Shown here one piece after another: positions 39,750 to 51,838 of a DNA stretch of 64,000 nucleotides (position 1 is the stretch's first letter; each line of letters starts with the position of its first letter). The notes under the pieces were generated by a model. It saw only the letters and a list, made by a program, of their open reading frames with translations, ran no database searches and was not told the origin of the DNA. This stretch comes from Octopus sinensis (Eukaryota), in the NCBI RefSeq assembly GCF_006345805.1, contig NC_043002.1:50096001-50160000 (forward strand). The letters run 5' to 3'. Both the position numbers and the translations under genes were made by a program.

Positions 39750-40970
39750 ATCTTTTACTTGTTTCGGTCATAGGACTGTGGCCATGCTGGGGCACTTTGT
39801 TGCAGAGTTTTAGTTGAACAAATCGATCCCAGTTCATATATATTTTAAAGTCTGGTACTTTTTCTGTTGGTCTCTTTTGCTGAAATCACTAAGTTATAGG
39901 GATGTAAACAAACTGACACCAGTCATTGATCAGTGGTTGGCAACAAACAGATGTATAGATGCATATACATATATTTATGCTTAGCTTCTTCACAGTTTCC
40001 GTCTACCAGATTCACTCACGAGGTATTGGTTAGCCTGATGCTCCAGTAGAAGACTCTTACCCATCTGTTGTACAGTGGGCTTGAACCTGAAACCATGTAG
40101 TTACAAAGTAGCTTCTTAACCACACTGCCATGCCTGTGAATAATGATGAGGTTTTCCATTCACAAAACAATTTTCCCGTATCTTTTACTTGTCTCAGTCA
40201 TTGGGCTGCGATCATACTGGAGCCCTACTTTGACCTGTTTTTGTTTTTTGTCAAACGAATCAACTCTAGTAGATTTTTTTCACCTTTAGACCCGGTACTT
40301 ATTGTACTCTTTACTCTTTACTTGTTTCAGTCATTTGACTGCGGCCATGCTGGAGCACCGCCTTTAATTGAGCAACTCAACCCCGGGACTTATTCTTTTG
40401 TAAGCCCAGTACTTATTCTATCGGTCTCTTTTGCCGAACCGCTAAGTAACGGGGACATAAACACACCAGCATCAGTTGTCAAGCAATGCTAGGGGGACAA
40501 ACACAGATACACAAACACACACACATGCATATATATATATATATATATATACATATATACAACGGGCTTCTTTCAGTTTCCGTCTACCAAATCCACTCAC
40601 AAGGCTTTGGTCGGCCTGAGGCTATAGCAGAAGACACTTGTCCAAAGTGCCACGCAGTGGGACTGAACCCGGAACCATGTAGTTGGTAAACAAGCTACTT
40701 ACCACACAGCCACTCCTGCACCTATTTGTATTTGTCTCTCATGCCAAACTGCCTATGTTACAGGGATGTAAACACATTAACACCGGTTGTCAGCTGGTGG
40801 TAAGACGCACAAACAAACAGACACTCACACACACGATAAGCTTCTTTCAGTTTCCATTTACCAAATTCACTCACAAGGCTTATTTGGCTTGAAGTTATTG
40901 TAGAAGACACTTGCCCAAGATGCCATGCAGTGGAACTGAAACCGGAACCATGTGGTTGAGAAGCAATTAC
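39750..40970 (-). mobile_element. Tandem run of SINE A copies (39750-40135, 40300-40720, 40750-40970)
   Basis: Three heads on the minus strand; the middle copy is close to the 54647 copy. Confidence 0.85.
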
Positions 40971-42748
40971 TACAAGTTTCAAAGAAGTTATATACAATTT
41001 CGAAGCAGCTCTCTCTGCACAGCTTGGATTGAAGTGAGTTTCTCTGTTCTGTAGACAGGGGAGGTCATTCAGTGAGTGAAACAAGTCTTTGTACCTAACA
41101 GTAATTGACATGGAGGAGGTCTGCCTAGTTTCTGGTAACTCTTGTACCATCCAATGATTGATTGACTCCAGACTGGGGGAAGATTACACACCAATTTCTC
41201 TATACATGTATGAGTATACATACATGTGTGTGTGTATGTATTTTCTCACTTCTCTTTACCTTCCCCTCTGTCTCATCCCCCCACCATCTTTCCTGAATTC
41301 ATTCTGTTATTGACAGAATGACAGGTGTCTATATTAGTTTGTGTGTGTATATATATATGTATATATATATATATGTTCTTGTGAACAAGTGTATGTGTGT
41401 GTATACCTGGCTGTGATGGATGCTGCCCTATTAAGAAAAAAAGAAACTGTCTAGGTTCCAAGTCATCATAAAAATTCAGCCTAATTTTGTGGTTTTTCTT
41501 TTTTGTTTTTTCTATTCATGTTTATATTTTGTATTTTTTCATATTCTTTCTTTCCTCCCATCCTTCCTTCTTTCTTTCTTTCCTCCCTTCTTTTTTTTTT
41601 CTTCCTTTCTTTCTCTCTTGTATCCCTATCTTTTACTCCTTCTCTGCCCCCCCCCCCAGACACCTTTCTCTCTTCCCTGCTTTTGGCCTGTGTTTCCCCT
41701 GTTCTTGTTTGTTGTTAACTTCCTTGTCAGATGTGAATAGCTTGCAGCACAGACTTCTTGTAACAACAACAACGGTGTAGTCATCATCATCATCATCATC
41801 ACTACCTATTACCACCATCGTCTTCGTCATCGACCTCATCTGCACCACTATCATCATTACCATCATCGCCACTACCATCCATCATCACCATCATCATTAT
41901 CATCATCATCATCATCATCACCACTATCACCATTATATGCCTCTATATTTACCACCATCACATGTTCTGAAAGAAATACCAGCAACCACAACAACAGTAA
42001 CAACACAAACAGTTACCACCACCTGCTTGCTAATTCCTGGGCTTTCTCCCCACCCTTTTTTTTTTCTGAATTTTTTTTTCTTGTTTTTTTTTGTTTTTTT
42101 TTTACCTTAGAATTAACAGTTGCAGTGTATTGCTTGTTTGTGCATGTGCATTGGAGGGGAATGTAGTGATGCATATCAACCGACTCTCAAGACGTGTCTC
42201 GTACAAACACACACAATCACACACACACTTGTACGTACATGCTTTTTGTTGTATCACATGTACCGGAATATATCCTGTCTGTCGAGGGATACACGGTTTG
42301 TTTGCTTGTTTATATTTTGCTGTTTAACCCCAAGATTAGTCCTGATCTGAACAGACCTTACTTAGATGCAAGGCATGCCGGAGATGACCATCCTGTTCGT
42401 TTTCTCCCTCTCTCTAAAACATAGTGCTACTATGATGAATTATCCGATGTGTGTGTGTGTCATCTTCATTATCATCATCGTTTAACGTCCGTTTTCCATG
42501 GCATGGGTTGGACGGTTCAACTGGGGTCTAGGAAGCCAGGAGGCTGCACTAGGTTCCAATGTGATCTGGCATTGTTTCTACTGCTGGATGCCCTTCCTTA
42601 CGCCAACCACTCCGAGAGTATAATAGGTGCTTTTTACGTACGTGCCAAACAGTAGGATGTGATTTGAGGGAGATTTAAGTGCTATTTTCTATATGCCGAA
42701 AGACCACGTTGAGGCTCCTTTATTGCTAAATTTGGTCCTCTTGTTACC

Positions 42749-42976
42749 TTAACCCTTTTGGTGTTTCTACTGGAAATATCAGGCCCAAATATTCAATTTA
42801 TTTTATGTTCAAATTGGCCAGATCTGGCCTCTCGCACATACCCTACAATATCATGCTAAAAATAGATAATAACACGATAGAAATCTCAAAGCTATGAGAT
42901 AATCCATGATTAATTCAAAACAGTGTGGATAAATAAGCATTACCAGTCGATTGAATAATCTAAATGTTAAAACGGT
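42749..42976 (+). mobile_element. piggyBac-like MITE, diverged
   Basis: TTAACCCTTTT start; shared internal TGGCCAGATCTGGCCTCTC.CAC.TACCCTACAAT. Confidence 0.65.
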
Positions 42977-43344
42977 CAGAGAGAACCCTTGCAAATGGTG
43001 ACAGTGGTAGTTACGGGAAGTTAATCACCTGTCATCTTTTATTGCTGGTTGGATCAGCCAACAACATTGACTGACTGTAACATTGACATCAGCAACTGTT
43101 TGTTTCATTTATAGTGAAAGGGTTTTTAACTAATTGAATTCATTCACCCCTTGTACAATTCATGCTCTTATATTTTTCCCAACTCTGAAAAATCATCATT
43201 ATTAACGTCACCATAGGTTTAACGCCCACTTTTCCATGCTTCTATAGGTCAGGCGGAAATTGCGATGGGTATTCTGTGACCGGATGCTCTTTTTGTCGCA
43301 AACACTCATCTGTTTCCAGGCATGGTAATATTTTTCCATGACTA

Positions 43345-43560
43345 AGGTGGTGAGCGAGCAGAATGGCTAGCACGCCAGGCAAAATGTTCTGAAGCATTTT
43401 GTCTTTACGTTCTGAGCTCGAACTCTGCCGAGGTCGGCTTTGCGCTTCATCTTTACGAGGTTCATAAAATAAGTACTAGTTCCGTACTGGGGTTGATGTA
43501 ATCGACTAGTACCTCCCCCCCCAGAAAAAAGTGCTGGCATTGTGCCAAAATTTGAAACCA
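43345..43560 (+). mobile_element. SINE B copy
   Basis: TAAGGTGGTGAGCGAGCAGAA..GTTCTGAGCTCGAACTCTGCCGAGGTCGGC..AAGTACTAG. Confidence 0.75.
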
Positions 43561-44310
43561 ATATTTCTCCATGACTAGACACGGGGAAGCAGGAAATGGA
43601 GAACACTGCATGCATGACGGTTACTCGCGTTTGCAACTGTCATGCGATCTCGAAGCAAGGAAGCAACACGCGCGTGCGAAGGCTTCCACACAGTTTCCAT
43701 CTGTCAAATCCACTCGCAAGTCTGGGGGTTATAGTAGAAGACACTCACCTAAGGTGCCACGCAGTGGGACTAAACCAAAGACCTTACGGTTGGGAAAGCA
43801 GGCTTCTTACCGAACACCCTTTTATGCACCTTGACGGGTAAGGTTAGCTGACCTTCCGTTTGATTCAAACTGCAACGTAAACGGGTAACTCTAGACACTA
43901 ACTGAAGACTGGGTCTCTTGGTTTTACCTGTGCAGTGATTCTGGCATGGTTGTGTGGTCAAAAGAAGTTCACTTTGTTGCATCATGGGTTTGGTTTCAGT
44001 CTTAGTGCCTTTTAACTTGTGCAAGCGTCTTTCTGTTACAGCTCTGGACTGACCAATGCCTTGTGAGTGGAATTGGTAGGCAAAAACTGTGCAGAAGTCC
44101 ATTGTGCACGTGAGCGTTTGACAGTACATGGTGTTGGTGCCCTGTTCATAATTTTGTATCAGTGAACGGAGACGGGGACTGGGTTTATGCTAGTTGGTTA
44201 GTTAAAGTTGACTGTCTGATACAGTTCCGTGGTATATTCTTTTCTACTCTAGGCACAAGGTCCGAAATTTTTGTGGAGGGGGCCATTCAATTAGATCGAC
44301 CCCAGTACGA

Positions 44311-44600
44311 GCTCTTAACCACTACGCCATGTGCCCGTGGGTATATGGCGTAGTGGTTAAGAGTGCAGACTACTAACCCCAAGATTGTGAGTTCGATTCG
44401 AAGTAGTGATCTCAACAACAATAATAACATCGAAAAATACCTTAGGAATGAGAACCCAGGTTCGAAATTTCCCCAAGATACCTGAAGAAGGCTGGAGGGT
44501 ATCAGCCGAAACGTTGTTTTAACAACAAACAAGATGAGGACAAATATCCATAGAATGTAAATAACGTATATAATTCCGCATCTCTTAAATATAGAACTGT
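44311..44600 (+). mobile_element. Hairpin-capped, tRNA-headed SINE-like element with a hammerhead-like tail (family H3)
   Basis: 19-bp perfect inverted repeat 44312-44330 / 44345-44363; A box TGGCGTAGTGG, B box GAGTTCGATTC; CTGAAGA-A-GGCTG..CAGCC-GAAA-CGTT at 44482-44515. Confidence 0.7.
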
Positions 44601-45604
44601 ACCTTGTAGTTTTATCTTTGTGCTTGTATGCATGTGTGTCTTGTTTGTCTTTGAAAAATAAAAAAAAAGTATTTTCTGTATAGTTTTAGTGAAGTCAACA
44701 AAACTTTTTGTCATACAAATATTTGTCATTTTTCGTATATATACTTCATGTTGTCTTTTACCTTAAATATTCTATCTCACCTCTTGTTGTACCTATCTTT
44801 TTTTATTGTCCGTGCTTCATGTAACTTTTCCCTATTAGATTCTTCTTTAAAAATACTAGCACTCTGAAACCAGCGATCTTGTTGTTAATGTGCCGAAACT
44901 GCAAAACTTCGAGCAGCAGCAACTGATGAGAGGACGGTGAAGATTAAAATGCACTGACCAGCACAAAATGTGGAAGCAGAGGGCTATCCGGGTTCATAAC
45001 CAGAATACGGCTTTCACCCCCCCCCCAGTCTAAGGAATTAAGGTCCAAAACATATGCATAATTGGGGTAGGGGCTTCTTCTTCGAAGACATTCTGTTATT
45101 CACCCCCCCCCCAGTTTCCTGCTACTCTTGAAACTACCTGCTGATCCCAGTGTCAGTCATTCAAATCTCTCACTCTGTTATGTGATATCAATATCTTGTG
45201 TATCTATTTCTACTCATCTGCCTTTGTACACATGCATGCGTTGTATATACACAATATATATGTGTGTGTATGTAAAGGTAAGATTCAAGGACCAAGGTGT
45301 AAGAAGTTGGTAAGCTTCAAGCAATCCGTAGAAGGCATGAAAAACAACTACCAGGAACAGTAGTGGTTTATTGACGTAGAAGGTTATAAATTTTTCCCAT
45401 ATTGAAGTTCGATAACCTGAAAAAGGTTATTTTATAGTTCACGGTTAGCAGCTGGGGTTGCTTTGTATGCGAATAAAATTCCAAATTTAGGGAATGGAAT
45501 AAATAAAGTTCAGGCTACATATGTTTCCTAGCTAATAGAACTTTGGAAGTAGTAATTACCAAAACGAGGGGTACTCAGCTAGCTACTCATCTGGCCAAAG
45601 ATAC

Positions 45605-45676
45605 CTTAGTCAAATGAAGGTAATATTGTCATCAAGGGATTCCGTGTTAACTTGCAGAAGATTTGATCGAAAATTA
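45605..45676 (-). other. Candidate 72-nt cassette exon with a stop in every frame (non-coding or poison)
   Basis: Acceptor ctcactctgtgctttccag, donor AAG|GTATCT; phase-2 reading INFRSNLLQVNTESLDDNITFI*. Confidence 0.3.
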
Positions 45677-45802
45677 CTGGAAAGCACAGAGTGAGAGAAC
45701 AAAAGGGAAAGCATGTGTGAGTGTGTGTGTGTGTTGAGCCGTTAATCCCTACACATTTTTTTCTCTCTTGGTTTTTTTTTTTTTTTTTTACCCCTTTCAG
45801 TC

Positions 45803-45838
45803 CTTTCTGTCGAAGAGCGTAGGCTCGAAACATCAAAG
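45803..45838 (+). ncRNA. Hammerhead-like motif family H1, solo copy
   Basis: CTTT-CTGTCGA-A-GAGC-GTAG-GCTC-GAAA-C-ATC-AAAG; helix I (CTTT/AAAG) and helix II (GAGC/GCTC) are perfect. Confidence 0.6.
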
Positions 45839-45995
45839 ACTTTTCCATTCTTTCCAGGCGTTAAACTAATACACCTGCTTGTTGTTCTTTAACCTGTCTT
45901 CGTCTTTTGTTTTCTGTAAATTTGAAGAATATGCATGCATGCATGCATGTCACACGTCATTATTCACTACTCTTTAAGCAGTGTATCATGTATAT

Positions 45996-46117
45996 CACGT
46001 GATCACGTGACCGACCAGACCAGACCATCAGATGTTGTTACACATCGCTGGTCACAATGCGTTCGCATTGTTTTAGCCTTCGAATGACGCCACCCCGCTG
46101 GCTAAGCGAGCAGGCCA
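45996..46117 (-). mobile_element. 122-bp insertion (probably a 5'-truncated retroposon) with 13-bp TSD
   Basis: GTATCATGTATAT at 45983-45995 and 46118-46130; carries the palindrome TCACGTGATCACGTGA at one end. Orientation is inferred. Confidence 0.75.
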
Positions 46118-46143
46118 GTATCATGTATATATTGTTTTTAAAA

Positions 46144-46210
46144 GGAAAAAAGTCGGCACTCTGACGAAGGCGACTAAGCCAAAACTTCGAAGTTACTGTC
46201 AAACTTTTCC
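46144..46210 (+). ncRNA. Hammerhead-like motif family H2, copy 2
   Basis: GGCACT-CTGACGA-A-GGC-GACTAA-GCC-AAAA(G12 mutated to A)-CTTCGAAG-TT-ACTGTC; distal GGAAAA/TTTTCC pairing. Confidence 0.55.
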
Positions 46211-46601
46211 TTGTAAAAAAAATACGTGCGCGCACGCGTATTACACATATCTGGCTGTGTATCTGTCTGTACGTTTCTCTGTCTTCCATACTCTACTTAA
46301 AAGGTTCTTCATATTAAGATGGCTTATTTTTATTCCTCCATAATCTTTCTCACTGCCTCCTCCGCTCACCACCACCACCCACCATCACAAAGTCCCATTG
46401 TTGCAGTTGTTATTGTCTTAGTAGTAGTAGTATGCTACCTCCCACACCTTATGCCAACACCCGCTTCTCTCTCTCTCTCTCTTTCTCTCTCACTTTCTCT
46501 CCCTCATTCCTTCTTCCCTCTCTCGCTCACCTTCTCTCCACCTCCCTCTGGTTTCTACTCTTCCAAACTCCCCTCTTTCTGTCTATACATGTATGTATGT
46601 A

Positions 46602-46634
<33 letters not shown>

Positions 46635-46827
46635 CTTCAAACAGAATTCATATTGTTTTATATTCGCAATCCATGTCGGTTAATTTCGTCATCGTCATCA
46701 CACAACTACAAAAATAACATCTCTCCAGAATTTAACATCCATAATCGTTACTTTTTGCAATTATAATTGTTATTGTTGTGACTGCTGCATTTATTTGTTT
46801 TTTTTTCTTCTTTTGTATTTATTGAGG

Positions 46828-46828
46828 C

Positions 46829-46864
<36 letters not shown>

Positions 46865-46905
46865 TATTAATATTATTACTATTATTATTATTATTATTAT
46901 TATTA

Positions 46906-46946
<41 letters not shown>

Positions 46947-47014
46947 GTTATTATTATTATTACTACTATTATTATTACTATTATTAATATTATTACTATT
47001 ATTATTATTATTAT

Positions 47015-47078
<64 letters not shown>
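46828..47078. repeat. (TTA)n microsatellite, about 250 bp
   Basis: Read directly. Confidence 0.95.
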
Positions 47079-47194
47079 TTATTTGTTGTTTTTTCTTTAC
47101 AGTCGTTGTTATTGCCTCTGTAATTGTTGTTGGTGTAATTGCTAGAATAGAATAACTGTTGTTTTTGTTGTTACTGGTGTTTTTGTTATGTGTT

Positions 47195-47229
<35 letters not shown>

Positions 47230-47518
47230 TCGGAAAGTAATTCTTTCGTTGTAGAGGTGAAGTGTAATATTAACTCCACACACACACACACACACACTCA
47301 CGCACACACACACCCTAATCACCCCCCGTTCGTCCTCGCCTCCGTATCCGTGTCTGTCTATACATATGCACGCCCGTCTATGTATGTATGCATATATATA
47401 TATGTATGTATGCGTTTTTGAATTTTCATTTTCTATTACAATATTTCTTAAGTTATTTATATTTCCATACTTTATTGAAAAATTTACTGTATTTTGTTGA
47501 CGCCGTCGACGTCGTTCT

Positions 47519-47730
47519 CGTTGTTGTTGTTGTTGTTGGTTGTTGTTGTTGTTGTTGTGTTGTTGTTGTGTTGTGTTGTTGTTGTTGTTGTTGTTGTGTG
47601 TTGTTGTTGTTGTTGTTGTTGTTGTTGTGTTGTGTTGTTGTTGGTGTTGTTGTTGTGTTGTTGTTGTTGTGTTGTTGTTGTTGTTGTTGGTGGTGGTTGG
47701 TGGTGGGTGGTGGTGGTGTGGTGGTGTGGT
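47519..47730. repeat. Interrupted (GTT)n grading into (GGT)n
   Basis: Read directly; many single-base interruptions. Confidence 0.95.
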
Positions 47731-47999
47731 TGTATTGATTATGATGTGGTCGGTGTCGGCGGCGGTGGCGGTGACGGTTAATTGGGTTACTTTGGGCAGG
47801 GTTCGTTAAGTTTGTGTATGTGTGCGTGATTATATAAGCATCGTGTTTGTGTGCTGAAGATTTTAAGTGTGCGCCCGTGCGTGTGTGTATGTATGTATGC
47901 AAAGATGTACGTGAAATCCTTATGTGCATTATTTTTCACTCAGCTGTATTTGTTTCTCTACGCATTTTCTGGTTTTTTACGGTTTTATGCGTGGTTTTC

Positions 48000-48470
<471 letters not shown>

Positions 48471-48968
48471 TCTCTCTGCGCGTTTTAGGAGGATTATATG
48501 TGTAATTCTATATCCATTGTTTTGTGTGTATGTGTGAATGCATATGCTTTTTTTTTTTTTATTCTTATTTATTTTATTTCATTTAGTCGCATGTGAGTGT
48601 TTATACAAGGTTTTGTATGCGGAAGCAGTTGTATGTCGCGGTGTGTATGTATGTGTGTGTGTGTGTGTGTACGTACTAATTCGTGTGTGTGTGTGTGTGT
48701 GTGTGCGCGCCAGTTTGTATGAGGTACGGGCTAATGTGTATGAATGTGTGTGTATGCGTCTGTCTGTATGTGGCACGGACTAGTGTGCACGAATGTGTGT
48801 GTGTGTGCCAAATTTGTGAGATGTATGATTTTTGCTATAATGAGGTTTCTTTCATTACAAGCTAATAAATAAAAGGAAATAAATTATAATTTCAAGTAAA
48901 ACAGAAACTGTGGTTAAAGAACATCGGTGACGGCGGCGGCTGAGTTTGTGAGAGCGTGACGGCCGCCG

Positions 48969-49006
<38 letters not shown>

Positions 49007-49142
49007 GTCGTCACCCTTGTTTTCAGGAAATGGTATGAAGCTATGATGAAGGAAAAGCTAGGTAGATTAACGAATAAATAAATAAATAAATAAATAAATA
49101 GGTAGGTAGGTGTAGAGAGAGAAGGGGGCAGGGACAGATACA

Positions 49143-49942
49143 TCTCTCTCTCTATATATATATTTCTTTATTGCCCACAAGGGGCTAAACAGAGAGGGGA
49201 CAAACAAGGACAGACAAAGGGATTAAGTCGGATTACATCGACCCCAGTGCGTAACTGATACTTTATTTATCGACCCCGAAAGGATGAAAGGCAAAGTCGA
49301 CCTCGGCGGAATTTGAACTCAGAACGTAACGACTGATGAAATACCTATTTCTTTAATACCCACAAAGGGCTAAACACAGAGAGGACAAACAAGGACAGAC
49401 ATAGGTATTAAGTCGATTACATCGACCCCAGTGCGTAACTGGTACTTAATTTATCGACCCCGAAAGGATGAAAGGTAAAGTCGACCTCGGCGGAATTTGA
49501 ACTCAGAACGTAACGGCAGATGAAATACCGCTAAGCATTTCGCCCGGCGTGCTAACGTGTCTGCCAGCATGTATGGCAGGTTTGGTAGTCTTCAACTAAC
49601 ACTATCTCCTCTTGAGACCCTGCGGCGCAAGTTGACCAAAAATTGAGAGTATGATAGAAGAAGGCTTGCTCTTCCTTCCGTAGAAGAAAAAATTCAAATC
49701 GGACCATGTTAACACCAAAAATTATTTACATCAAAAAGGTGCTTTTTTTTTCTATGAAAATCCCTATTTTTTTTAACGATTTTTTTACAGCTGTGTCACC
49801 GCCATTTTTCGGTGTATTTCAACCAGAAAAATGTTCACTTAAAGAGAATAACAAGCTACATAATGCAAAATGTTTACTTTTCAAAAATTCCAATTCTAAA
49901 GGGTTCAAAACAAACCTGAGCAACGCCGGGCGATACTGCTAG
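49143..49942 (+). mobile_element. Non-autonomous Helitron containing a nested SINE B dimer
   Basis: A|TCTCTCTCTCTATATAT start; 3' CCTGAGCAACGCCGGGCGATACTG-CTAG|T (49939-49942). Confidence 0.75.
49162..49568 (-). mobile_element. SINE B head-to-tail dimer
   Basis: Full copy 49345-49568 followed on the minus strand by a 5'-truncated copy 49162-49344. Confidence 0.9.
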
Positions 49943-50309
49943 TAGAGTGATAGACGGATAGACAGGTAGAGAGATGTAAGATAGATCAGTGGTTGTAGTT
50001 GTTTAACCCAAGGTCAATCATGATCAGGATAAACTTCTAATTATGACCATCTTTTTTTTTACCGTCTTTTTCCAGCAGTGTATCTAGAATTACATTTTAT
50101 ATTATCCAATTTGTTCCTCACGGTAGGGATGGATGTGCAGGTTTACTTAATATTTTTAACAAGTTTTAGCAACCATATAGAGCTGCGTCCCTCAAACATT
50201 TCCTGCTTAAGGTCCCCTTTGATTTTCTCTTTTACACGGATGGACCCTCATAGCTATTCCATGTTTTAAAAAAAATCCTATCATATTTTTAGAATTGAAT
50301 ATTATTAGG

Positions 50310-50690
50310 AATTATTTGTTTAAGCTATCTGACTGTGGTCATGCTCGAGCACCGCCTCGAAGGATTTTAGTCGAACAAATCGACCCCAGGACCTATTATT
50401 TAAGCCTAGTACTTATTCTGTCGGTCTATTTTGCCAAACCGTTAAGTTACAGGGACGTAATCATACCAAAACCGGTTGTCAGCAGTAATGGGTGGCAGAC
50501 AGACTGACAGACACACACACATATTTACGACGGACTTCTTACAGTTTCTGTCTACCAAATCCACTCATAAGGCTTTGGTTGACCTGAGGCTATAGAAAAA
50601 GACACTTGCCTAAGTCGCCATACAATGGAACTGAACCAAGAACCATGTGGTTGGAGAGCAAGCTTCTCACCACAAAGCCACGCCTGCTCC
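50310..50690 (-). mobile_element. SINE A full copy
   Basis: All modules present on the minus strand. Confidence 0.85.
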
Positions 50691-51617
50691 TATTGAAAAT
50701 GAAAGTTATTTAATATATATTTTGCACCGTTGCAGTTTATTGCAGATAAATTTTAACAACAAAATCTTATATGGACCCTGGTTGAGAATCACTGATATAT
50801 ATAGTCTCTCTCTTTCTCTCTAAATCCCCTTCTCTTAGAAGAGCATTAGACCAGTGTTTCCCCTAAGAGAATTTTGTGGAACCACTGAGTTCTGTGAAAA
50901 GATTCTGGCGTTCCAAAAAATGTTTTTGAATAAAATTTAAATAAACTTTAATTTTATGAAAAAACAAAAGATGTTTTCCTTCATGGATATAATGTTAATA
51001 TTATATGAATAAATTCTGTCTCTGAAGCCAGTTTGTTTCATTTAATGTTCTCTTAAAATTAAGGCAGATGGAGCTTATCTATAAAATATAGGTATTGCTT
51101 CAACAGTTTTAAGAATCATATAAGTGTTCCACAACTAAAGAAGCTTGAGTAAGGCTGGAATCAACTGAAGAGAGATTTGTGCTGAGTATCAGTAAGTTGG
51201 ATAGACTTGTGAACAGGCTGGTGATTAGCAGAGAGAGAGAGAGAGAGTAGGTGGGAGAGATGGGTATTTTGAATATGTCGATATATATAGTTTTCACGTG
51301 GCACTGAGCCTGCAAGGTTAGGAATGCTTAGCTGGAGAGGGATGCAGGGGACATAGTCTCTTTTGGCCTGGTGACTATGGCTGGATGCCTTTCCTAATGC
51401 CAACTGCGCTACAGAGTGTATTGTGTGCTTAGAATAAGTATATTGGTATCAGGGACAAACTGAATTACCTTCAACCAGAAATGGAATCTCAGTTGCCAAT
51501 TCAATCTGACTGGTGCTTACTTCTTGTTCTCCGCTTGTTTGTCACTTTTGGCCTAAATTAAAAACATCAAAGCATAGGCACACATACACACAACCACACA
51601 CACACTCAAGCATGCTT

Positions 51618-51657
<40 letters not shown>

Positions 51658-51806
51658 GCAGGTGGAAGTGAGAAAGAGAAGGGTGTTTGAGTGAGTCTGT
51701 GTAATGTTGCTAAGTGTCTGCTAATTGTTCGTTAAATAAACCAAACTGGATAGGCAGGTCATGAACATCCCTTGTTAATTGACTCAAGTGTGTGCTGTGT
51801 GTAAGC

Positions 51807-51838
<32 letters not shown>

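Noticed and set aside
44343-44410. tRNA gene
   Set aside because: A and B boxes are present but there is no acceptor stem or full cloverleaf; it is a SINE head, like the other tRNA-like heads in the window.
44890-44940. GAAA...CTGATGA arrangement resembling a type II hammerhead
   Set aside because: It lacks the UH cleavage site after helix III, and helix II does not pair.
49027-49061. Plus-strand 35-nt exon candidate (R)KWYEAMMKEKL
   Set aside because: Good acceptor but mediocre donor (GTAGAT), and its apparent partner at 59.8 kb is a SINE.
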